Source: Bacteroidales bacterium
GTDB taxonomy: Bacteria; Bacteroidota; Bacteroidia; Bacteroidales; ML635J-15
Assembly (NCBI GenBank): GCA_028702535.1
Contig: JAQVOR010000001.1
Span: forward strand, 11,470-75,469
Direction of reading: 5' to 3'
Length of the DNA stretch: 64,000 nt
Positions 57,643 to 64,000 of this stretch are shown in pieces. Under the pieces are notes generated by a model that saw only the letters and a list, made by a program, of their open reading frames with translations, was not told the origin of the DNA and made no database searches. Made by a program: the position numbers and the translations under genes. How positions within the stretch are numbered: the stretch's first letter is position 1; every line of letters begins with the position of its first letter.

Positions 57643-58744
57643 AAAATTTAAAGTAATAGTAAGTGGTGGAGGAACTGGAGGACATATTTTTCCAGCAGTT
57701 GCAATTGCTAATGCACTACAGAAAAAGTTTCCCGAAGTTGAGATACTGTTTATTGGTGCAGAAGGTAGAATGGAAATGGAAAAAGTGCCTGCAGCAGGAT
57801 ACAAAATTATTGGACTGCCTGTTATTGGAATGAAAAGAAAACTTTCTCCACAAAATATTACATTTATTATCAAACTTTTAAAAAGCCTTAGAAAAGTTAA
57901 AAAAATAATCAAAGAATTTGAGCCATTGGTTGTTGTTGGTGTTGGTGGATACGCAAGCGGACCAGCAATGAGGTCGGCCTCGAACATGAAAATACCTTGT
58001 CTAATACAAGAACAAAATTCATATCCGGGGATTACCAATAAATTAATGGCAAAAAGAGCAGCAAAAATATGTGTTGCTTACGATAATATGGATAATTTCT
58101 TCCCAGCAGAAAAAATCATCAAAACTGGAAATCCTGTTCGTCAAGATATTACTAATTTAGATGCAAAACGCAATGAGGCCTTCAAACATTTTAATCTCAA
58201 CCCACAAAAACAAACCATCTTAGTGGTTGGAGGAAGTCTTGGAGCAAGAACAATAAATCATAGTATTGCAGCGGGTTTAGAAGAATATATTAAAAACGAT
58301 ATTCAAGTTATTTGGCAAACAGGAAAAACCTACATCGCCACAGCAAAAGAACAAGTCGAACAAATAAATTCAAAAAACATATATGTTAGTGATTTTATTT
58401 ACAAAATGGATTTTGCTTTTTCGGCTGCGGATATTATCATTTCACGAGCTGGAGCAAGCACAATCTCAGAGCTTTGCATAGTTGGTAAACCTGCGATTTT
58501 TGTCCCTTCGCCAAATGTTGCAGAAGACCATCAAACTAAAAATGCTTTAGCTTTAAGCTCAAAAGATGCGGCAATATTGGTTAAAGACTCTGAATCTGTC
58601 GAAAAATTAAATAATATCGCTATTGAATTAATCAAAAACCAAGAACAAAGAAAAACATTTAGCGAAAACATTAAAAAACTTGCTTTGTTAAATTCAGCAG
58701 AACTTATTGCTGACGAAGTTTATAAACTGGCGTATGGAAAATAA
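57635..58744 (+). CDS. murG: UDP-GlcNAc:lipid I N-acetylglucosaminyltransferase
   Basis: The ATG at 57635 gives MNKKFKVIVSGGGTGGHIFPA... The gene overlaps the ftsW stop by 8 nt. Confidence 0.9.
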   Translation: MNKKFKVIVSGGGTGGHIFPAVAIANALQKKFPEVEILFIGAEGRMEMEKVPAAGYKIIGLPVIGMKRKLSPQNITFIIKLLKSLRKVKKIIKEFEPLVVVGVGGYASGPAMRSASNMKIPCLIQEQNSYPGITNKLMAKRAAKICVAYDNMDNFFPAEKIIKTGNPVRQDITNLDAKRNEAFKHFNLNPQKQTILVVGGSLGARTINHSIAAGLEEYIKNDIQVIWQTGKTYIATAKEQVEQINSKNIYVSDFIYKMDFAFSAADIIISRAGASTISELCIVGKPAIFVPSPNVAEDHQTKNALALSSKDAAILVKDSESVEKLNNIAIELIKNQEQRKTFSENIKKLALLNSAELIADEVYKLAYGK

Positions 58745-60113
58745 ATATAATAACATATATTTCTTAGGAATTGGAGGAATTGGCATGAGTGCCATTGCCC
58801 AATATTTCCATGTAAATAATCACAAAGTTGCTGGTTACGACAGATATCAAAGCGATAACTGTAAACGCTTAGAAAATATTGGCATTGATATTCATTATGA
58901 AGATGATATAAATTTAATTCCTGAATTATACAAAAACTCAACGGAAACACTAATAGTTTATACTCCCGCAATACCAGAGGACAGCACAGAATTAGCTTAT
59001 TTTAAAACACATAATTTTAAAATTTTAAAAAGAGCCGAAGTCCTTGGAATGATAAGTCAGAATAAAGTCTGCATTGCCATAGCTGGCACTCATGGTAAAA
59101 CCTCAGTTTCAACTATCGCAGCATGGATATTAAGTAATACAAGAGACTCATGTTCGGCATTTTTAGGAGGAGTATCAAAAAATTTCGATTCAAACCTACA
59201 TTTAAGCTCTACAAGTAATATAGTTGTTGTCGAAGCCGATGAATTTGACAGATCTTTTCTTCGTTTAACTCCCACAACAGCAATTATTACAAGCATTGAG
59301 CCCGACCACCTTGACATTTACAATGATTTTAATACTCTGCAAGAAGCATTTGTGGAATTTGCGGGTAAAATTAAATCTGAAGGAAACCTAATACTACACA
59401 AAAGCATTAAAACAGAATTATTTGAGACATCTGTAAAAAATATAAATATCTACACTTACGGCTTAAATGACGAAGATTGCGATTTTAACTTAAAAAACAT
59501 ATCCTATAAAAATAACAACTGCTACTTCGACATAAAAGCGCCAACTGGTCTAATTAAAAACATAAAATATCAGATTGGAGGACAGCATAATCTTGAGAAT
59601 GCACTTGCAGCAGCGGCAGCCTCTCTAATCAACGAAGCCGACGAAAGCACCTTAAGAAAATCTCTCGAAAGTTTTGCTGGAGTAATAAGACGCTTTGATA
59701 TTAAAATAAAAACCACAGAACTTATTTATATTGATGATTATGCACATCATCCAGGCGAAATAAAAGCATTTATCAATGCGGTTTCGGAGATTTATCCCAA
59801 TAAAAAAATTACAGCCGTTTTTCAGCCACATTTATTCTCGAGAACTAAAGATTTTTATAAAGAATTTGCCGAAAACCTATCAAATTGTCACGAACTTGTG
59901 TTATTACCAATATATCCGGCACGCGAAAAACCAATTAAAGGCATCAGCTCGGAAATAATCTATAAGTATGCGAAGGTAGAGAGAAAACATTTGTGCACTA
60001 AAACAGAGCTTATACCATTACTAAAATCACTAAAACCGGAGTTAATTGTTACTATGGGGGCTGGCGACATAGACCAATTAGTAGAGCCAATAAGAAAGGA
60101 GTTTGTGAAATGA
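58734..60113 (+). CDS. murC: UDP-MurNAc:L-alanine ligase
   Basis: The ATG at 58734 gives MENKYNNIYFLGIGGIGMSAIA..., with GTHGKTS further on. The gene overlaps the murG stop by 11 nt. Confidence 0.9.
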   Translation: MENKYNNIYFLGIGGIGMSAIAQYFHVNNHKVAGYDRYQSDNCKRLENIGIDIHYEDDINLIPELYKNSTETLIVYTPAIPEDSTELAYFKTHNFKILKRAEVLGMISQNKVCIAIAGTHGKTSVSTIAAWILSNTRDSCSAFLGGVSKNFDSNLHLSSTSNIVVVEADEFDRSFLRLTPTTAIITSIEPDHLDIYNDFNTLQEAFVEFAGKIKSEGNLILHKSIKTELFETSVKNINIYTYGLNDEDCDFNLKNISYKNNNCYFDIKAPTGLIKNIKYQIGGQHNLENALAAAAASLINEADESTLRKSLESFAGVIRRFDIKIKTTELIYIDDYAHHPGEIKAFINAVSEIYPNKKITAVFQPHLFSRTKDFYKEFAENLSNCHELVLLPIYPAREKPIKGISSEIIYKYAKVERKHLCTKTELIPLLKSLKPELIVTMGAGDIDQLVEPIRKEFVK

Positions 60114-60892
60114 AAAAGGCTGTTTTCAAAATAATAAAATGGTCATTACTGCTCAGCTACCTCATCTGTATGTTGAGTTTTGCAGGTCGAAAATCGAACA
60201 ATATAATATGTAGCGAAAAAAAACTTATTATAGATAAACCGCATAAGTTTATTAATGAAGAATCTGTTAATAAGTTGTTGAATACTAATAATATAAAAAT
60301 AGACTCATGTATCATAGATAGTATTAATTTTGACGAAATTGAAAATATACTTGAGACAAGCCCATTTATAAAAAATGCCGAAGTTTACAGCAATTTTAAT
60401 GGGCAAATAAATATTATAATTAAACAGCGTAATCCAGTTATGCGAATAATAACAAATAACAACGAACATTACTATATAGACGATAACTGCAGTTTGATGC
60501 CAATATGCGACAATTATACCGCCAATGTAATTGCAGTATCAGGAAATATATCGCACACATTTGTTACCAGTCTATATGCCACAGATATAAGCACTATTGA
60601 CAAATCTTACCATTATACTCTAAGAGAATTGTACAATTTTGTTAACTTTTTAAATGAGCATGCATTATGGAAAAATCAAATCACACAAATATACATTAAC
60701 GACATAAAAGATATTGAACTAATACCCAGAGTTGGAAATCATATAATTGAGCTTGGAAACTTAACAGATTATAAATTTAAAATGGGAAAACTCGAAGCTA
60801 TTTATAAAAAAGGATTCGCTCTAACCGACTGGAATATATACTCTAACATAAATTTAAAATATTCAAATCAGGTAATTTGTAAAAAGAAATAA
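60110..60892 (+). CDS. ftsQ: Cell-division protein FtsQ
   Basis: 260-aa bitopic ORF with a POTRA-like region, between murC and ftsA. Confidence 0.75.
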   Translation: MKKAVFKIIKWSLLLSYLICMLSFAGRKSNNIICSEKKLIIDKPHKFINEESVNKLLNTNNIKIDSCIIDSINFDEIENILETSPFIKNAEVYSNFNGQINIIIKQRNPVMRIITNNNEHYYIDDNCSLMPICDNYTANVIAVSGNISHTFVTSLYATDISTIDKSYHYTLRELYNFVNFLNEHALWKNQITQIYINDIKDIELIPRVGNHIIELGNLTDYKFKMGKLEAIYKKGFALTDWNIYSNINLKYSNQVICKKK

Positions 60893-60895
60893 ACA

Positions 60896-62221
60896 ATGGA
60901 AAACAAATCGGAAATTATTGCAGCAATTGACATTGGAACAACAAAAATCGTAGCCATTGCAGGAAGGAAAACCGAAACAAACAGGTTTGAAGTAGTAGGT
61001 TTTGCAACTACAGCCTCAAAAGGTATTAGACGCGGAGTTGTCCTTAACATTGACGAAACAGTAAACTCTATCCGAATAAGTCTGAACAAAATTTTGAAAG
61101 ATTCGGGACTAAGATTAAACGATGTTTTTGTTGGAATTGCAGGACAACATGTTAAGACTTCGAGAAATAGATGCAGCATTAATATTAAAGATGAAGATTC
61201 AATAATAAAAGTCGAACATGTTGAGGCTCTAAGAGAGTTAATGAAACAATCAGTAGAAGATCCTGGAGAAAAGCTATTAGATATTATTCCGCAATCTTAT
61301 ATTGTTGATAACGAGACTGGTATTGAAAACCCAGTTGCAATGAACGCAAAAGTTCTGCAGGGGAATTTCCATATTGTTATGGGACAAATGTCAATGGTAA
61401 ACAACATAAAAAAATGTGTTACAATAGCGGGTTTAAAAGTTAATTCTCTTATTCTGGAACCTATTGCATCTGCAGAAGCTGTGCTAACACCACACGAAAA
61501 AAAATCAGGTGTCGCCATGATAGATATTGGTGGTGGGACAACAGATCTTGCGGTTTTTATCAACAATCATATCATACACACAGCAGTAATTCCTATTGGG
61601 GGATACACGATAACAAATGACATAAAAAATCAACTGTCAATTTTAGAAAAACAAGCAGAAGAGCTTAAAATACAATACGGCTCTGCAATTGCAGAAAAAA
61701 ATCAAGAAAACACAATTATTTCGTTAGAAGGGCTTAAAGGTAGAGAAGAAAAAGAATTTTCGCTTTATGAACTAAACGATATAATCCAAGCTCGTATGGA
61801 AGAGATATTACATGCGGCAATGTTTCAAATAGAGACATCGGGTATTAAAGATAAACTCGCAGGGGGGATAGTAATTACTGGTGGTGGAGCATTACTAACA
61901 AACCTAAAACAACTGGCATCATATTTAACTGGAAACGACATCAGAATAGCTTACCCAACGGAATATATCGAAGGTGCATATTCAGATATTATTAACAAAC
62001 CTCAATTTTCAACAGCCATTGGATTGATTATGAAAGGAGATGCTTACAATAAGCTAGAAATTGAAAAATCTATTTATCAAAAAATAAATGACGAGAAAAA
62101 AGAGCTAGAAGAAAGCTCGAGTGATAAAAAGAAAAAGAAAAAAGAAGGCAGACAAAATAATGGAGGTAAAGATTCTTTTAAAAGCATATTAGCAAGATTT
62201 TTTGACGAAGACGAAAACTAA
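60896..62221 (+). CDS. ftsA: Cell-division protein FtsA
   Basis: 441-aa actin-fold ORF (AAIDIGTTKIVAIAG...DIGGGTTDLAV...). A basic linker and an amphipathic C-terminal helix (FKSILARFF) end the protein. Confidence 0.95.
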   Translation: MENKSEIIAAIDIGTTKIVAIAGRKTETNRFEVVGFATTASKGIRRGVVLNIDETVNSIRISLNKILKDSGLRLNDVFVGIAGQHVKTSRNRCSINIKDEDSIIKVEHVEALRELMKQSVEDPGEKLLDIIPQSYIVDNETGIENPVAMNAKVLQGNFHIVMGQMSMVNNIKKCVTIAGLKVNSLILEPIASAEAVLTPHEKKSGVAMIDIGGGTTDLAVFINNHIIHTAVIPIGGYTITNDIKNQLSILEKQAEELKIQYGSAIAEKNQENTIISLEGLKGREEKEFSLYELNDIIQARMEEILHAAMFQIETSGIKDKLAGGIVITGGGALLTNLKQLASYLTGNDIRIAYPTEYIEGAYSDIINKPQFSTAIGLIMKGDAYNKLEIEKSIYQKINDEKKELEESSSDKKKKKKEGRQNNGGKDSFKSILARFFDEDEN

Positions 62222-62233
62222 AAAAACAAAACT

Positions 62234-63568
62234 ATGGACGATTTAGAATTCATAATACCAAAAAGCGAATCATCAATAATCAAAGTAATTGGTGTTGGTG
62301 GTGGCGGCAGCAATGCAGTTAATCAAATGATAGAAATGGAAATCACAGGCGTTGATTTTGTTGTCTGTAATACTGACGAACAAGCGCTTCGAAACAGCCC
62401 AGCACCAATAAAAATACAATTAGGGACAAGCCTTACCGAAGGACGCGGAGCAGGGAATAATCCAGCCAAAGGCCGCGAAGCTGCTATCGAAAACATCGCT
62501 GACATCGAAAAAATATTAGACGACAATACTAAAATGATTTTCATAACAGCTGGAATGGGTGGTGGTACTGGTACAGGAGCCGCACCAGTAATTGCCGAAG
62601 CGGCTAAAAAACGCGACATTCTCACTATCGCAATTGTATCTATACCGTTTAAAGTCGAAGGAGAGCTAAGAATAAATCAAGCCATTGAAGGTATCAATAA
62701 ATTGAAAGAATCGGTTGACTCATTATTGATTATTAACAACGAAAAACTACAAAATATTTATCACGACTTAAAAATGTCGAATGCCTTTACAAAAGCCGAT
62801 GATGTATTGGCTATTGCAACAAAAGGAATAGCCGAAATTATTACCGTCCACGGTTATATAAATGTGGACTTTGAAGATGTAAAAACAGTTATGAAAGATA
62901 GTGGTGTAGCTCTAATGGGATCGGCAAGAGCATCAGGCGAAAACAGAGACGTTACAGCAATTAAAGCCGCTCTTGACTCTCCTTTATTAAAAGATAATGA
63001 CATAAAAGGCTCTAAAAACATCTTACTTAATATTATGAGCGCTCCAGGCGAAAACGAACTAAGTATGAATGAATTTGGAATAATAACAAGCTATCTTAAA
63101 GAGGTTGTCGGAAAAGATGCCAATGTTATTTGGGGAACAGGACACGATGAAAAATTAGGCGATGAAATAAATGTTACAATTATTGCTACTGGTTTTGAGG
63201 CTTTGCCTGGACTATACGAAAACGAAAAACCCGAAAAAGAAATCATAAGACTCAAATTTGGAGACACTCTCGAAAAAGTTGAGGATAACGACACATTTGA
63301 TGAAATAAAACCTATAGACAATAATAATAACAACCAAAACATAGATGATGATGACGACGAAAAATCTGTAGAACTAGAACTCGATTTTGATAAATCAATA
63401 TTCGATAATGATGAGAACGATGACGAAAATATGCCTAAGCCAAACACAGACCCTAATAATTATAAACATTTAAAAGATATTGACCGCCTAAACGACTCGT
63501 TTTACTTAGATGAACTTGAAGACCAACCTGCAATACAGAGAAAAAACAATAACACAACTGAAGACTAA
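62234..63568 (+). CDS. ftsZ: Cell-division GTPase FtsZ
   Basis: 444-aa ORF with GVGGGGSNAV and the tubulin signature GGGTGTG. A long Asn/Asp-rich linker and a C-terminal peptide (...DQPAIQRK) follow. Confidence 0.95.
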   Translation: MDDLEFIIPKSESSIIKVIGVGGGGSNAVNQMIEMEITGVDFVVCNTDEQALRNSPAPIKIQLGTSLTEGRGAGNNPAKGREAAIENIADIEKILDDNTKMIFITAGMGGGTGTGAAPVIAEAAKKRDILTIAIVSIPFKVEGELRINQAIEGINKLKESVDSLLIINNEKLQNIYHDLKMSNAFTKADDVLAIATKGIAEIITVHGYINVDFEDVKTVMKDSGVALMGSARASGENRDVTAIKAALDSPLLKDNDIKGSKNILLNIMSAPGENELSMNEFGIITSYLKEVVGKDANVIWGTGHDEKLGDEINVTIIATGFEALPGLYENEKPEKEIIRLKFGDTLEKVEDNDTFDEIKPIDNNNNNQNIDDDDDEKSVELELDFDKSIFDNDENDDENMPKPNTDPNNYKHLKDIDRLNDSFYLDELEDQPAIQRKNNNTTED

Positions 63569-63580
63569 AAAATTATAACC

Positions 63581-64000
63581 ATGAGTATATTTAATAAAAT
63601 TAACGAAGACATTAAAAAGGCAATGCTTGCTAAAGAAAAAAATAAACTTGAAGCATTAAGAGCAGTTAAAGCCGCATTTCTAATTGCAAAAACAGAAACT
63701 GCAAATGTCGTATTAACAGAAGAAAAAGAAATACAGATAGTTCAAAAACTTGTAAAACAACGCCACGATGCAGCAGAAATTTACAAACAGCAAAACAGAT
63801 TAGACCTCTACGAACCAGAAATCTTTCAGGCAGATGTTATTTCTAAATATTTACCCGAACAAATGTCGCCTGAAGAAATTAGCATTGTTGTTAAAGAAAC
63901 AATAGCAAAGTTAAACGCCACAAGCATCAAAGATATGGGTAAAGTTATGGGAGCTGTAAACGCTAAACTTGCCGGCAAAGCTGATGGTAAAACAATATCA
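63581..64000 (+). CDS. GatB/YqeY-domain protein (partial, runs off the window end)
   Basis: The ATG at 63581 gives MSIFNKINEDIKKAMLAKEKNKLEALRAVKAAFL...MGKVMGAVNAKLAGKADGKTIS. The frame stays open to 64000. Confidence 0.8.
   Translation, partial: MSIFNKINEDIKKAMLAKEKNKLEALRAVKAAFLIAKTETANVVLTEEKEIQIVQKLVKQRHDAAEIYKQQNRLDLYEPEIFQADVISKYLPEQMSPEEISIVVKETIAKLNATSIKDMGKVMGAVNAKLAGKADGKTIS

Noticed and set aside
57493-58038. 181-aa ORF antisense to the ftsW-murG junction
   Set aside because: It overlaps two highly conserved dcw genes on the opposite strand, and the Pro/Ile/Phe-rich sequence has no domain signature.
63310-63440. Asn/Asp-rich low-complexity tail of FtsZ (similar tracts occur in the OmpA-family protein at about 45500-45700)
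   Set aside because: It corresponds to the intrinsically disordered C-terminal linker of FtsZ, which is variable in all bacteria. It is compositional, not a separate feature.
48590-63568. The dcw cluster lacks murF and ddl
   Set aside because: The order mraZ-rsmH-ftsL-ftsI-murE-mraY-murD-ftsW-murG-murC-ftsQ-ftsA-ftsZ is, to my knowledge, the standard Bacteroidota order, with murF and ddl elsewhere.

Overview
AT-rich chromosomal segment from a Bacteroidota-type bacterium. The taxonomic call rests on gldH, TTTG/TAnnTTTG-type promoter motifs, an atp operon without atpD/atpC, and a dcw cluster without murF/ddl. Nearly all of the window is tightly packed housekeeping DNA:
- rimP-nusA (nusA cut by the window start) and Fe-S carrier genes (nfu-like, mrp/apbC-like)
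- a wbpA/B/D-like nucleotide-sugar trio
- holB, ricT-like, gldH, trmB and an RRM RNA-binding protein
- a PAS hybrid sensor kinase
- the F-type ATPase operon (bactofilin, atpZ, atpI-like, atpB-E-F-H-A-G)
- metK, an AI-2E transporter, lysC, upp
- GH92 mannosidase and a transketolase N-subunit
- SPOR and LEA_2 lipoproteins, mpl, gmhA, rpiB, kdsB, a GT4 glycosyltransferase, rnhB
- e(P4) phosphatase and sppA
- a bcd-etfB-etfA-hotdog operon
- a glycine/ornithine-lipid-type acyltransferase pair
- a complete dcw cluster (mraZ to ftsZ) and a partial yqeY-like gene at the window end

The only clearly accessory stretch is about 38.57-40.07 kb. It holds an inverted-repeat-rich non-coding element and a RhuM-family pseudogene with at least three frameshifts.

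I found no CRISPR array, tRNA/rRNA gene, intact mobile element or recognisable defence system. I cannot point to a large novel multi-gene system.

The observations most worth a second look:
1. A roughly 40-nt element is present three times. Two copies are inverted and bracket gmhA.
2. The hybrid sensor kinase has Tyr in place of the phospho-accepting His and degenerate ATP-binding glycine boxes, but an intact receiver.
3. The metK leader looks structured and carries SAM-riboswitch-like sequence signatures.
4. A canonical intrinsic terminator lies inside the atp operon, right after atpE.
5. The rimP-nusA leader contains a terminator-like hairpin.
6. Phased GTGG boxes, a candidate MraZ operator, sit upstream of mraZ.
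7. A Kal-like hotdog gene is coupled to bcd-etfBA.

All family assignments come from reading the translations by eye. No searches were run.
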